Shown one piece after another: positions 37,285-47,464 of a stretch of DNA of 64,000 nt. Source of the stretch: Trueperaceae bacterium (GTDB taxonomy: Bacteria > Deinococcota > Deinococci > Deinococcales > Trueperaceae); NCBI GenBank assembly GCA_035703635.1, contig DASSXV010000005.1, forward strand, positions 10,065 through 74,064, read 5' to 3'. The position numbers and the translations under genes are program-made. The notes beneath the pieces were generated by a model. The model searched no databases, was not told the DNA's origin, and saw only the letters and a program-made list of their open reading frames with translations. Position 1 is the first letter of the stretch; every line of letters starts with the position of its first letter.

Positions 37285-37641
37285 GTGAGTCTCCTAGCGT
37301 GACGATGAAATAGTCGTGTTGCGTCCGCCACAACAAGCTTGAGTATAGGACGCCCTTGCGAACGGCACTGTGCTGGCGCTGCTAGCGTCCTGATTCCAAT
37401 TTCTCGTCGTCGAGCTAAGAATGGGGGTTCCACGATACCTAGCCGGAGTTGGAACCGCTAGTGAGAGCATTTGGCCTGGCGGGTGTTTTGAGCGCGCGAG
37501 TGGGTGCGGTGGTGACTTTCCGCCGGACGCGATGTTTGGGGCCGCGGTGCTAGAGGCGGTACCGCAGGTGTGGGAGTCGGAGCGCAACTAACGACGCGTG
37601 AAGGCCAACGTCACTTGGCTTCTGCAATTTTCCCTAGCCGA

Positions 37642-38019
37642 CTATCCTCCAGCGAGGGACTGAGACAGAAGCGGCCCAACGGCGTCGCTGGCAATGCGGT
37701 AGTAGGCCATGCGACCGTCTCGGCGGAAGGTGACGAGGCCGTGGGCGCGCAGGAGCCTGAGCTGGTGGCTCATGGTGCTCTCGTTGACGCCCACGATTGC
37801 GGCCAGGTCGCAGACGCACAGCTCCTCTCGCTCGAGGGCGCATAGGACACGGTAGCGGGTTGGGTCGGCGAGGAGCTTGAGACGCTCGGTGGCGGCCTCC
37901 ACCTGCTTGGGGCTGGGCAGGACGGCCTCGACACGTGCGACGGCGTCGGGGTGCATCAGGCGCACCTCGCACTCGCCGCTGGCGTCGACGGATGGGCTGG
38001 GCAGCGTGCTGGTGGTCAT
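37642..38019 (-). CDS. ArsR/SmtB metal-sensing repressor (CadC/ZiaR-like)
   Basis: LADPTR, ELCVCDL, SHQLRLLR, N-terminal C..H; ATG 38019 overlaps the ATPase stop. Confidence 0.9.
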   Translation of the reverse strand: MTTSTLPSPSVDASGECEVRLMHPDAVARVEAVLPSPKQVEAATERLKLLADPTRYRVLCALEREELCVCDLAAIVGVNESTMSHQLRLLRAHGLVTFRRDGRMAYYRIASDAVGPLLSQSLAGG

Positions 38020-40175
38020 GCCCGCTTCCGGTCGTGGCTCGGCTGGAAGCGTAGTAGCCGCAGAGCGTTGGCGGTGACGATGACGGTGGCGCCGGTGTCT
38101 GAGAGGATGGCGGGCCACAGGCCGGTTAGCCCAAGGAGGGTGGTGGCGAGGAAGACGGCCTTGAGGCCGATGGCGAACGCTACGTTCTGGCGGATGTTGC
38201 GCATAGTGGCCCGTGATAGCTCGACGAGGTCGCTGACGCCGGTGGCGTTCCCCCGCAGCAGCGCCGCGCCGGCGGTCTCGAGCGCCACGTCAGTGCCGCC
38301 GCCCATGGCGATTCCTACGTCCGCGCTCGCTAGCGCGGGAGCGTCGTTGATGCCATCGCCCACCATCGCCACCTTGCCGCGCTGCTTCAGTTCGACTATG
38401 GCAACGAGCTTGTCGGCCGGCATGAGTTCGCTCCTGACCTCGAGGCCGAGGTGGTCGGCGATGGCCTGGCCGGTGCGGGCGTTGTCGCCCGTCAGCATCA
38501 CGCTCTTGACGCCCAGGCGCGCGAGGCGTTTGACGGCCGCGGCGGCGTCGGCGCGGGGCTCGTCACGGATGGCGAGGAGGCCCAGCGGCGTGGTTTCTCG
38601 AAGCACCACCACCACGGTCTTGCCCTCGCGCTCGAGGTGCGCGGCGCGCTCCTCGACCTCCGCTGACAGCGGCGCGTGCGCGGCAGCGAACCTGGGTGAA
38701 CCGACGGCGAACTCCACCCCTTGGATGGTGGCGGTGACGGCCTGGCCGGGCACGGCGCGCGCGTCCTGCGCGGGCGGGACGTCTAGCCCTGCGGCGCGCC
38801 ACGAGATGGCCTTGGCGAGCGGGTGTGCCGAGCCCGCCTCCACCGCCGCGGCAAGGCGCAGCACCTCGTCGGCCGTGGTTTGCAGCGCCACCACGTCGGT
38901 GACGCGTGGCCGGTTCTCGGTGAGGGTGCCGGTCTTGTCGAACGCCACCGTACTCACGTCACCGATGCTCTCCAGCACGGCGCCGCCCTTGATGAGGAGC
39001 CCGCGGCGCGCGCCGGCGTTGATGCCTGAGGTCACCGCGGCTGGCACGGAGAGCACCAGAGCGCATGGACAGGCGATGAGCAAGAGCGCCAGCGCGCGGT
39101 AGATCCACTCCTCCCACGAGGCGCCGAACGCCAGCGGCGGCACTAGCGCCACGAGCGCAGCCATCAGCATGGCGGCGGGGGTGTAGAAGCTGCTGAAGCG
39201 GTCGATGAACCTGGCCACTGGCGCCTTGCTTGCCTCGGCCTCCTCGACTAAGTGGATGATCCTGGCGACGGTGCTGTCGTTGGCGGGTTTGTCGACGCGC
39301 ACGCTCAGCACGGCGTTGGTCACGATGCTGCCCGCGAAGAGGCCGTCGCCGGCACCCTTGGCGACGGGGATGCTCTCGCCCGTCACGGGCGACTCATCGA
39401 CGCCCGCAGAACCGGTGACGATCGTGCCGTCGGCGGGCACGCGCCCACCCGGCTGCACGCGCACCAGGTCGCCGACGCGAAGCGCCGCCACCGGTACCTC
39501 GCGCGCCTCGCCGTCCTCGAGGAGCAGCGCCACATTGGGCGCTAGCGCCGCCAGCGCCCGGATGCCGGCGCGGGCGCGGCCGGCGGCGACGTTCTCGAGC
39601 AGCTCGCCGATGGCGAAGAGAAACACCACGAGGGCCCCCTCGGGCGCCTCGCCGATCGCCACCGCGCCCAGGGCGGCGAGTGAGATGAGGGTGTTGATGG
39701 TGAACGGACGGCCCCGCCGTGCGCTGGCCCACGCTTTGCGTGCCAGGGGCGCGACCCCGATTAGGGCGGCGGCGGTGAAGCCCCAGGCCGTCAGGGGCGG
39801 GAATGCGAGCGCCAGCAGGGCGCTGAGGGCGAGGAGCGTGCCGGTGGCGATGACGAGGCGGCCCTTCGATGTGTGGTGCCAGGCGGGTGGTGAGGCAAGC
39901 GCGCTCGTCCCGGCGGCGATAGTCGCGGGCTCGCTGCCGAGCCTGGGCGGGTAGCCCAGGTCGGTGAGGTGCTTCTCCACGGTCGCGAGCGAGGCGCGCG
40001 CCTCGTCCAGCGTCAGGCGTAGTCTCTGGGTGGTGAAGTTCAGGCGCACGTCGCTGACGCCCGTCACGCGGCCGAGCGCGCCTTCCACCGTGCGCCCGCA
40101 CTCCGCACAGTCCATGTTCTCCACGTAGAACTCGTACGAGGCCGCCGCGTTTGCCTCGGATGCGGTCGAAGTCAT
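38016..40175 (-). CDS. zntA: Heavy-metal P1B-type ATPase (Zn/Cd/Pb)
   Basis: MDCAEC HMA domain, TGES, CPC, DKTGT, HP, GDGINDAP; start 40175 or 40193. Confidence 0.9.
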   Translation of the reverse strand: MTSTASEANAAASYEFYVENMDCAECGRTVEGALGRVTGVSDVRLNFTTQRLRLTLDEARASLATVEKHLTDLGYPPRLGSEPATIAAGTSALASPPAWHHTSKGRLVIATGTLLALSALLALAFPPLTAWGFTAAALIGVAPLARKAWASARRGRPFTINTLISLAALGAVAIGEAPEGALVVFLFAIGELLENVAAGRARAGIRALAALAPNVALLLEDGEAREVPVAALRVGDLVRVQPGGRVPADGTIVTGSAGVDESPVTGESIPVAKGAGDGLFAGSIVTNAVLSVRVDKPANDSTVARIIHLVEEAEASKAPVARFIDRFSSFYTPAAMLMAALVALVPPLAFGASWEEWIYRALALLLIACPCALVLSVPAAVTSGINAGARRGLLIKGGAVLESIGDVSTVAFDKTGTLTENRPRVTDVVALQTTADEVLRLAAAVEAGSAHPLAKAISWRAAGLDVPPAQDARAVPGQAVTATIQGVEFAVGSPRFAAAHAPLSAEVEERAAHLEREGKTVVVVLRETTPLGLLAIRDEPRADAAAAVKRLARLGVKSVMLTGDNARTGQAIADHLGLEVRSELMPADKLVAIVELKQRGKVAMVGDGINDAPALASADVGIAMGGGTDVALETAGAALLRGNATGVSDLVELSRATMRNIRQNVAFAIGLKAVFLATTLLGLTGLWPAILSDTGATVIVTANALRLLRFQPSHDRKRA

Positions 40176-40191
40176 GGCAGCATCGTACGTC

Positions 40192-40215
40192 ACGTCTGTA
40201 CAGTCGTACAGATAT
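40192..40215. promoter_or_regulatory. Probable ArsR/SmtB operator
   Basis: Imperfect inverted repeat ACGTCTGTAC-AGTC-GTACAGATAT over the ATPase promoter; minus-strand TACGAT -10 at 40182-40187. Confidence 0.55.
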
Positions 40216-40348
40216 CACGTGGTGGGTTGCCGCGGCCTGCCATTCGGGCCACAGGTCTTGAGTTCCTTCTGGCGCTTGACGGCCCCGCGCCCGGAGCGAT
40301 ATCATCTTTTTCGCCTCGTGAACGGCTTTCTGCGTTCACTTCGCCCAA

Positions 40349-40435
40349 GCCGAGGTGGCGGAATCGGTAGACGCGCCAGCTTGAGGGGCTGGTGGCCGCA
40401 AGGCTGTAGGGGTTCAAGTCCCCTCCTCGGCACCA
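40349..40435 (+). tRNA. tRNA-Leu(GAG)
   Basis: GCCGAGGTGGCGGAATCGGTAGACGCG, anticodon loop TTGAGGG, variable arm, GGTTCAAGTCC, CCA. Confidence 0.95.
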
Positions 40436-40547
40436 CAGAGTTCGTAAGCGGCCGACCTTCGGGTTGGCCGTTTCGCTTGCGGTTAGGCAGTTGGGCCTTT
40501 GCCTACCCCACGTCAGAGCGAGGCCGCGGGCCGTGATAGCTTGACTC

Positions 40548-42125
40548 ATGCCGCGCCAGAACGTCGACCCTTCCCTGGCGCCCTCAGCTAGCTTCCCGTT
40601 CCCAAGCTATCGGCCTGGCCAGGCGGAGGCCCTAGAGCGAGCGCGTGACGCGTTCGCGGAAGGTAAGCGCTTCGTCGTCATCGAGGCGCCGACTGGGGCG
40701 GGGAAGAGCGCCATCGCCGTGACCCTGGCGCGTGAGTCCAAGTCCGCGTTCGTCATCACTAACCAGAAGATCCTGCAGGACCAGTACGTGCGCGATTTCC
40801 CCGACCTCGCCCTCCTCAAGGGCCGCTCGAACTACGACTGCTTGGTGGCGCCAACGCACGCAGCAGCTGCGCCGTGCATCGTTGGGCAGCGTTTCCCTGC
40901 TTGCGAGGAGTGCCCGTACTTCACGGCCAAAGACGTGGCCATGGCGGCTGACGTCACCACCCTCAACTACGCTTACTTCCTCGCTGAACTCAACTACTCA
41001 GGTGCCTTCGCCAGGCGCGAGCTACTCGTACTCGACGAGGCGCACAATGCAGAGGGCGCGCTCATGAACTTCGTGCAGGTCGTCATCGGCGAGGGGGCGC
41101 TGCTGCGCGCCGGCCTGCAGCGGGCCCTCCCACCCGACCTCGGCGATGAACTGGCCTTCGAGTTCGCCGAACTCCTGCTACCCGAGCTGCGCCAACGTGC
41201 AACCGAACTAGAGCGCGGCCTCAAGGACGTCAGCAACGAAGACGCGGCCTTGCAGCAGCTGCGGGTCAAGCAGTGGCTTGATGGGCAGAGCGAGCGCATC
41301 ATGCTCCTGCTCGATAGTCACAACGCTGGTGAGGTCGACTGGGTGGTAGAGCGGCGGCACGGCCCTGAAGGGGCGAGCCTTACCTTCAAGCCCGTCGCAG
41401 TGGCGGCACTGGCGGAGAGCTACCTCTTCGGTTACGCGGACAGGGTACTCATGCTCTCGGCGACCATCCTCGATGCAGGCACGTTCCTCCGCAGCTTGGG
41501 AGTGGACCAGGCAGAGGCGGAGTTCATCAGCGTGCCATCGTCGTTCCCGCCAGAGAACCGTCCGATCGTCGTGCGGCCGGCAGCGCGCCTCACCCGCCAC
41601 TACCTCGACCGCGACCTGCCGCTCCTAGCGCAGGCCGTCAACGACCTAGCCCTGCGGCATGAGGACGAGAAGGGCGTCGTGCACGCCCACTCTTACAAGA
41701 TCGCGGCGTTCATCGCCAAGCACGCGAGTTCGGAGGTGCGCTGGCGCGTCGTCACGCACCTAGACGCGGCTGGCCGCGACGCCGCCCTCGCCCGCCACCT
41801 CAGCTCACCGGACCCGACCATCCTGCTGACGCCTAGCATGACCGAGGGCATCGACCTCGCCGAGGACCTGGCGCGCTGGCAGGTCATCTGCAAAGTCCCG
41901 TACCCCTACTTGGGCGACAAGCAGGTCGCGGCGCGCATGGAACGCGACCGCGACTGGTACGACTGGCGCACGACCCTAAGCGTCGTGCAGGCTTACGGGC
42001 GCAGCGTGCGCAGCGAGACAGACAATGCCGTCACCTACTTGCTTGACGCCGACTTCCCTAACTTCCTCAAGCGCCAACAGCGGCGTTTGCCTGGCTGGTT
42101 CGTGGAGGCGCTAGAGCGTTACTGA
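40548..42125 (+). CDS. XPD/DinG-family Fe-S DNA helicase
   Basis: EAPTGAGKS, KGRSNYDC..C..C..CPY, DEAH, LSAT, EGID, QAYGRSVR. Confidence 0.88.
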   Translation: MPRQNVDPSLAPSASFPFPSYRPGQAEALERARDAFAEGKRFVVIEAPTGAGKSAIAVTLARESKSAFVITNQKILQDQYVRDFPDLALLKGRSNYDCLVAPTHAAAAPCIVGQRFPACEECPYFTAKDVAMAADVTTLNYAYFLAELNYSGAFARRELLVLDEAHNAEGALMNFVQVVIGEGALLRAGLQRALPPDLGDELAFEFAELLLPELRQRATELERGLKDVSNEDAALQQLRVKQWLDGQSERIMLLLDSHNAGEVDWVVERRHGPEGASLTFKPVAVAALAESYLFGYADRVLMLSATILDAGTFLRSLGVDQAEAEFISVPSSFPPENRPIVVRPAARLTRHYLDRDLPLLAQAVNDLALRHEDEKGVVHAHSYKIAAFIAKHASSEVRWRVVTHLDAAGRDAALARHLSSPDPTILLTPSMTEGIDLAEDLARWQVICKVPYPYLGDKQVAARMERDRDWYDWRTTLSVVQAYGRSVRSETDNAVTYLLDADFPNFLKRQQRRLPGWFVEALERY

Positions 42126-42580
42126 GCCGCGAACGGCAAGGTCGTTGGGCGTTCTAGGTTGGTGCGCAGCACCATGGTCGTCTCCGTGCGCTCAACACCC
42201 TCGGTGGTGAAGAGGCGGTCAAGGAACGCGTCGAGGGCCATGGTGCTCGGCACCCGCACCTTGACGATGAACGAGTAAGTGCCCGCCACCGCGTGCAACT
42301 CCTCGACCTCGCGGAACTCCATCAGGCGCTCGACCAGGCGTTGCGCTGGCTTGCGCGGCTGCGGGGCGATGGCAACGAAAGCGGTGATGGTCAACCCGAC
42401 AGCCACCGGGTCGATCTCGGCGTGATAGCCGCGGATGACGCCTGCCTGCTCGAGCTTCTTAACGCGCTCGCCGACGGCAGGCGCCGATAAGCCGACGGCC
42501 TTGGCTACCGAGGCGTGCGAGGCGCGCCCATCATGAAGCAGTATCTCGAGAATGCGGCGGTCGACGGCATCGAACTCCAT
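42119..42580 (-). CDS. Lrp/AsnC family regulator
   Basis: DAVDRRIL..DGR..VGLS....ERVKKLE..GVIRGY. Confidence 0.92.
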   Translation of the reverse strand: MEFDAVDRRILEILLHDGRASHASVAKAVGLSAPAVGERVKKLEQAGVIRGYHAEIDPVAVGLTITAFVAIAPQPRKPAQRLVERLMEFREVEELHAVAGTYSFIVKVRVPSTMALDAFLDRLFTTEGVERTETTMVLRTNLERPTTLPFAAQ

Positions 42581-42627
42581 GCTGACCGCGAATCTATCAC
42601 GCCGCCGGGGCCGGGGTATCCTGCCGT

Positions 42628-43407
42628 GTGCGCGTTCTATTCGTCGGCGACGTGTTCGCTACCCCAGGCATGAAGGCAGCCCAGGCCTACCTTGGCTTGG
42701 TGAAGGACGATTACGACTTCGTGATAGTCAACGGCGAGAACGCTGCTGGCGGCTTCGGCATCACCCGCAAGCACTTCGAGCAGTTGCGCGCCGCTGGCGC
42801 CGACGTCGTTACGCTCGGCAATCACGCCTTCGATCAACACGAAGTCGTTGAGCTCCTGGAGGAGACCCCGCGCCTCCTGCGCGCCGCCAACTACCCGCCT
42901 GGAACGCCCGGACTTGGCTGGTCGACTTACGAGGTGCCTGGTGGCCAGCGCATCGTGGTGGCGCAGCTCATGGGCCGCGTGTTCATGGACGCCCTCGACG
43001 ACCCGTTCAGCGCCGCTGACGTCATCCTCGAGCAGGTTGCCGAAGACGTGCCGGTCATCGTCGACTTCCACGCGGAGGCAACGAGCGAGAAGAAGGTCAT
43101 GGGCTTCCACTTGGCCGGGCGTGTCAGCGCCGTCCTTGGAACGCACACGCACGTGACGACCGCGGACGAGCAGGTCTTCAAGGGCACCGCTTACATCACG
43201 GACGTTGGCATGACTGGGGTGCAGAGCTCGTCGATCGGCATGGCGTTCGAGGAGGTTCACGAGCGCTTCGTCACCAAGTTGCCCGTGAGGTTCCGACCGG
43301 CTTTGGGCAGCGCGACGGTGAACGCGGTCGCGTTGGAACTCGTCGGCGCACGGGCGGTGAGCGTGCGGCGCGTGCGCTGGGAGCATGGAGAGAGGCACGA
43401 GCCATGA
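42628..43407 (+). CDS. ymdB: YmdB-like metallophosphoesterase
   Basis: GDV, NGENAAGG, GNH, DFHAEATSEK, GTHTHV, TDVGMTG. Confidence 0.92.
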   Translation: MRVLFVGDVFATPGMKAAQAYLGLVKDDYDFVIVNGENAAGGFGITRKHFEQLRAAGADVVTLGNHAFDQHEVVELLEETPRLLRAANYPPGTPGLGWSTYEVPGGQRIVVAQLMGRVFMDALDDPFSAADVILEQVAEDVPVIVDFHAEATSEKKVMGFHLAGRVSAVLGTHTHVTTADEQVFKGTAYITDVGMTGVQSSSIGMAFEEVHERFVTKLPVRFRPALGSATVNAVALELVGARAVSVRRVRWEHGERHEP

Positions 43408-46124
43408 GCGCTAAAGACGACGCGTTCGGGCTCCTATCGAGCGACGTCGACTTCCTCGCGTCTGCCCTAGGCGAGGTGCTGCAGGAGCTGGAGGGCCAGC
43501 GTCTCTTCCGGTTGGTCGAGCGCGTCAGGCACCTCACCAAGAGCCTCCGTTCCGGGGCAGACGACGGTGCGGCGCAGGAACTCGACGAGCTCTTGGGCTC
43601 GCTAGACACCGTTACCGCAGAGAAACTCGTGCGGGCCTTCACCATCTACTTCCAACTCGTGAACCTGGCCGAAGAGATCCACCGCGTGCGCGTCAACCGC
43701 CACCGCGAGGTGGGCGCCAACGTGGCTGAGCCGCGCGGCGAGAGCCTCGCCGCCGCCGTGAAGTCTTTGCAGAGCCGCGGTTGGACGCGCAAGGAGGCGA
43801 GCGAGTTCCTCCGTGGGCTCGACTTGCAACTCACCGTCACGGCACACCCGACAGAGGTCAAACGCTACACGGTGCGGCTCAAGATCGAGCGTATCGGCGA
43901 GGCGCTGAGGCAGCTCCATGAGGTCGAGTTGGCGCCGCGCGAAGGCCGCGAGCTGCGCGCGCAGATCTACGCTGAGATCGCCACGCTGTGGCTGACGCGC
44001 GAGGTGGCGCCCGAACGCCCGACGGTGATCGACGAGGTCAAGAGCGCCCTTTACTACTTCAGGCGTTCCTTGCTGCAGGTCGTGCCGCGCATCATGGCCG
44101 ACTTGGAGGAGGCGCTCGATGACTACTTTCCAGACGACGCCGCGCCGCGCAGCGGGCACTTGAGCCCGACTAGGGAGGCGCCTGCCCCCATCCTGCGGTT
44201 CAGGTCGTGGATAGGCGGTGACCGCGACGGCAACCCGTACGTAACGCCAGGCGTCATGCGCGAGGCTTTCGAGTTGCAGGCGCGCGTGGCGAACGACGCG
44301 TACGTGGCGGACGTCGAAGGCCTCGTGCAGCGCCTCTCGCAGTGGGAGGGCCGCACCATGTTGACGGACGAGTTCCGAGCGGCGCTCGACGCGCGCACTG
44401 CGGCAGAAGGCCAAAGCGGCCGCTTCGAGGGTGAACCTTACCGCCGCTGGCTCGAACACCTCCATGCCGCCCTGCTCCGTGAACGCGGCGCGCCAGGCAG
44501 CTACCCGGGAGGCAGCGCTGGTTACCGCGCCGACCTAGCCGTGCTCGAGGCGGCCCTGCGCTTCGGGCACGGGGGTAGGGCAGCGGATGCCTTCCTGCGC
44601 TCGCCTATGCGCCGGGCGGCGGCTTTCGGCTTCGCGCTCGCGCCGCTGGACGTGCGCGAGCACAGCACCGTCTACGAGGCCGCCATCGCCAGCATGCTGG
44701 CCGCGGCGGGCGTGAACGCCGACTACGCTGCGCTTGACGAGGCGGAGCGGGTGAACGTGCTCGCCCGCGAGCTGGCGTCCACCCGCCCGCTCCTAGCGCA
44801 CGGCGCGGCCATCGGCGAAGAAGCTGAGCGGGCACTTGAGTTCCTCGCCGAGTTCCGCCACATGGAGGACACGCACGGCGCGGCTGCCCACGGCAGCACC
44901 ATCGTGAGCATGACCGCTGGGGTTTCGGACGTGCTCGAGGCGCTCCTCATCGCCAAGGAGGCCGGGGTCACCGAGATCGAGGCGACGCCACTGTTCGAGA
45001 CGCTAGCCGACCTCGAGGCCGCGCCCGGGATAATGCGCAACCTCTTCCAAGTCGAGCCTTACCGCGCTCACGTCAGGCGCCGCGGAGTGCAGGAAGTCAT
45101 GATCGGCTACTCGGACTCAAACAAGGACGTTGGGTTCGTGACGGCCTCGTGGGCGCTGTACCGGGCGCAGGACGAGCTCGCGAAAGTGTGCCGCGAGTTC
45201 GGCGTGCCTCTGCGGATCTTCCACGGGCGCGGCACCAGCATCGGGCGTGGCGGTGGGCCCGCAGGACAGGCGTTCCTCGCCCAACCGCCAGGTAGCGTGG
45301 CAGGGCGCATGCGCCTGACGGAACAGGGCGAGGCGCTAGCCGACCGCTACTCAGACCCCGACCTGGCGCACCGCCACCTCGAACAAGTGCTGCACGCATT
45401 CATCCTCGCGAGCGCGCGCGTGCCCGACGAGCACGGCAGCGTTGACCCGCGCCACCTTGCCGCCATGGACGCAGCCGCGGCCGCGGCGATGGGCCGCTAC
45501 CAGGAACTCATGCGCGCGGACGGCTTCATGCGCTTCTTCCAGCAAGTCACGCCGATCGAGGAGCTAGCGCAACTCAACCTCGGTTCGCGGCCGACGCGCC
45601 GTGCCGGAGCACCGACCGTCGCCAACTTACGCGCGATACCGTGGGTGTTCGCCTTCACGCAATGCCGCGCCAACTTGCCTGGCTGGTACGGGCTCGGCGC
45701 GGCGCTACTTGCCATAGAGCCAGCTGTGGCGCGGGAGATGTACCGCCAGTGGCCGTTCTTCACCACCATGATCGACTTCGCGCAGATGAGCCTAGCGAAG
45801 GCGGACATGAAGATCTTCGACGCGTACCTCACCCTGGTAGAGCCAGAACTGCGGCACTTCGGGGCCATCATCAAGGGACACCACGCGGAGACGGTCCGGC
45901 TCGTAGAAGAGGTGACCGGCGCGGCGCTGTTGGACAACGACCCAGTGCTGGCGCGGGCGTTGCTGCTGCGCAACCCTTACGTCGACCCCATCAGCCACCT
46001 GCAGGTCGAGCTCCTGCGGCGCCTCCGCGGGCACCCAGCGGAGGGGCTCGAGCATGACGAGTTGGCGTACGGCGTGATGCTCTCGCTCCTCGGCGTCAGC
46101 GCAGGCATGCGCAACACGGGTTGA
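43404..46124 (+). CDS. ppc: Phosphoenolpyruvate carboxylase
   Basis: TAHPTE, WIGGDRDGNP, MIGYSDSNKD, FHGRG..IGRGG, RAIPWVF, MRNTG. Confidence 0.96.
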   Translation: MSAKDDAFGLLSSDVDFLASALGEVLQELEGQRLFRLVERVRHLTKSLRSGADDGAAQELDELLGSLDTVTAEKLVRAFTIYFQLVNLAEEIHRVRVNRHREVGANVAEPRGESLAAAVKSLQSRGWTRKEASEFLRGLDLQLTVTAHPTEVKRYTVRLKIERIGEALRQLHEVELAPREGRELRAQIYAEIATLWLTREVAPERPTVIDEVKSALYYFRRSLLQVVPRIMADLEEALDDYFPDDAAPRSGHLSPTREAPAPILRFRSWIGGDRDGNPYVTPGVMREAFELQARVANDAYVADVEGLVQRLSQWEGRTMLTDEFRAALDARTAAEGQSGRFEGEPYRRWLEHLHAALLRERGAPGSYPGGSAGYRADLAVLEAALRFGHGGRAADAFLRSPMRRAAAFGFALAPLDVREHSTVYEAAIASMLAAAGVNADYAALDEAERVNVLARELASTRPLLAHGAAIGEEAERALEFLAEFRHMEDTHGAAAHGSTIVSMTAGVSDVLEALLIAKEAGVTEIEATPLFETLADLEAAPGIMRNLFQVEPYRAHVRRRGVQEVMIGYSDSNKDVGFVTASWALYRAQDELAKVCREFGVPLRIFHGRGTSIGRGGGPAGQAFLAQPPGSVAGRMRLTEQGEALADRYSDPDLAHRHLEQVLHAFILASARVPDEHGSVDPRHLAAMDAAAAAAMGRYQELMRADGFMRFFQQVTPIEELAQLNLGSRPTRRAGAPTVANLRAIPWVFAFTQCRANLPGWYGLGAALLAIEPAVAREMYRQWPFFTTMIDFAQMSLAKADMKIFDAYLTLVEPELRHFGAIIKGHHAETVRLVEEVTGAALLDNDPVLARALLLRNPYVDPISHLQVELLRRLRGHPAEGLEHDELAYGVMLSLLGVSAGMRNTG

Positions 46125-46332
46125 GCGCCGCCTCGTTCCTGAACCGTGACTGGCGGCAACACGGCGAGGTCCCGCCGCCTGCTACCCTCACAGGTAGAGG
46201 CACAGGTGGTCGGACCTCTGACCCTGTTGCTCTCATTGCGTTCATGAGGCGCGTGCATAGCATGACCCGTAGGGCATAAAACAGGCGCACTGTTCAACGG
46301 CCCAAAGCGAAAGACCGCGCAAGGAGCGTGGA

Positions 46333-47049
46333 ATGACTGTAACTGAACTGCTGCTGAGCGGCGGCCCGATTCTGGTCGTCATCATCTTGCTCTCCGTCTA
46401 CGCCGTTTACCTCTTCGTCGAGCGTTTCCTCAAGCTGCGGCGCGAGCGTACGGACACCTCCAACCTGATGGTCCGCGTCAACGCCGCCGTGCGTGAACGC
46501 GACCTCGAGGCTGCGCTCGACGCATGCGAGAAGCACGGTGGACCCGTCGCGCGCGTGCTGCACGCCGCGCTCGAGCGGTTGCCTTACGGGCGGCCGGCAG
46601 TAGAGGCGGCGTTCGAAGAGGCGTCACTTAGCGAGGAGCAGTCGCTTTCCCGCGGCCTTCTGCCGTTGTCCGTCATAGCCAAGATCACGCCGATGCTAGG
46701 CCTGCTCGGCACCGTCACGGGCATGATCATCACGTTCTCGCAGATCTCGCTGCACGGTTCCGGCGACCCGGGTGAGCTCGCGTACGGCATCGGTCAGGCC
46801 CTCGTCACGACGGCGGCCGGCCTCATCGTCGCCATCCCCGTGCTGGTCGGCCACGGCTACCTCTACAGCCTGGTCGACAAGCAACTCGGCGACATCGACA
46901 AGCGCCGCGAGGAACTCATGGGCAACGTCGTGCAGGCAGTAGCTAACCGCCGCGACGAAGCGTCTAGTGGTCGTCAGTCCGACCAGCAGGACACCCGCGA
47001 GGGGCGCATGGACTTGCGCCAAGGCGCTCGCCCCGCCACCCAGGCCTAG
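46333..47049 (+). CDS. exbB: MotA/TolQ/ExbB proton channel
   Basis: PMLGLLGTVTGMI..F, GIGQALVTTAAGLIVAIP. Confidence 0.9.
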   Translation: MTVTELLLSGGPILVVIILLSVYAVYLFVERFLKLRRERTDTSNLMVRVNAAVRERDLEAALDACEKHGGPVARVLHAALERLPYGRPAVEAAFEEASLSEEQSLSRGLLPLSVIAKITPMLGLLGTVTGMIITFSQISLHGSGDPGELAYGIGQALVTTAAGLIVAIPVLVGHGYLYSLVDKQLGDIDKRREELMGNVVQAVANRRDEASSGRQSDQQDTREGRMDLRQGARPATQA

Positions 47050-47052
47050 AAC

Positions 47053-47460
47053 GTGCGAAGGACCCGCAGACGCCGCCGCGAAAGCATCATGCCGGAACTG
47101 GACCTTACGCCGATGGTCGACGTAGTGTTCCTGCTCCTGATCTTCTTCATGGTTTCAACCACGTTCATCACGGTCGAGACCGGGTTGCCTGTCGATCTGC
47201 CTGACGCCCAGACGTCCGTTGCTGAACCAGCGAACCTGCCAACCGTCACCGTCACGAAGGACGGCAGCGTCTACTTCAGCGGCGGCCTCGTGCAAGAGGC
47301 GCAACTCGCGGTGCTCGTCCGTGACGAGATCAACCGCTCCGGCCTCACCACGGTCGTCCTGCGCGCAGACCGCGAGGTGCCGCACGGCACCGCGGTGCGC
47401 ATCATGGACCTGATCAAGCAAGGTGGCGCCCAACGCATCGCCATCTCTACCGGAGGCTGA
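47053..47460 (+). CDS. exbD: ExbD/TolR
   Basis: LTPMVDVVFLLLIFFMV, VDLP, LRAD. Confidence 0.9.
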   Translation: MRRTRRRRRESIMPELDLTPMVDVVFLLLIFFMVSTTFITVETGLPVDLPDAQTSVAEPANLPTVTVTKDGSVYFSGGLVQEAQLAVLVRDEINRSGLTTVVLRADREVPHGTAVRIMDLIKQGGAQRIAISTGG

Positions 47461-47464
47461 GGTA

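Noticed and set aside
37285-37641. 350-bp gap between copC and the ArsR gene as a possible riboswitch or sRNA
   Set aside because: Only a -10 box and weak hairpins; no recognisable RNA motif
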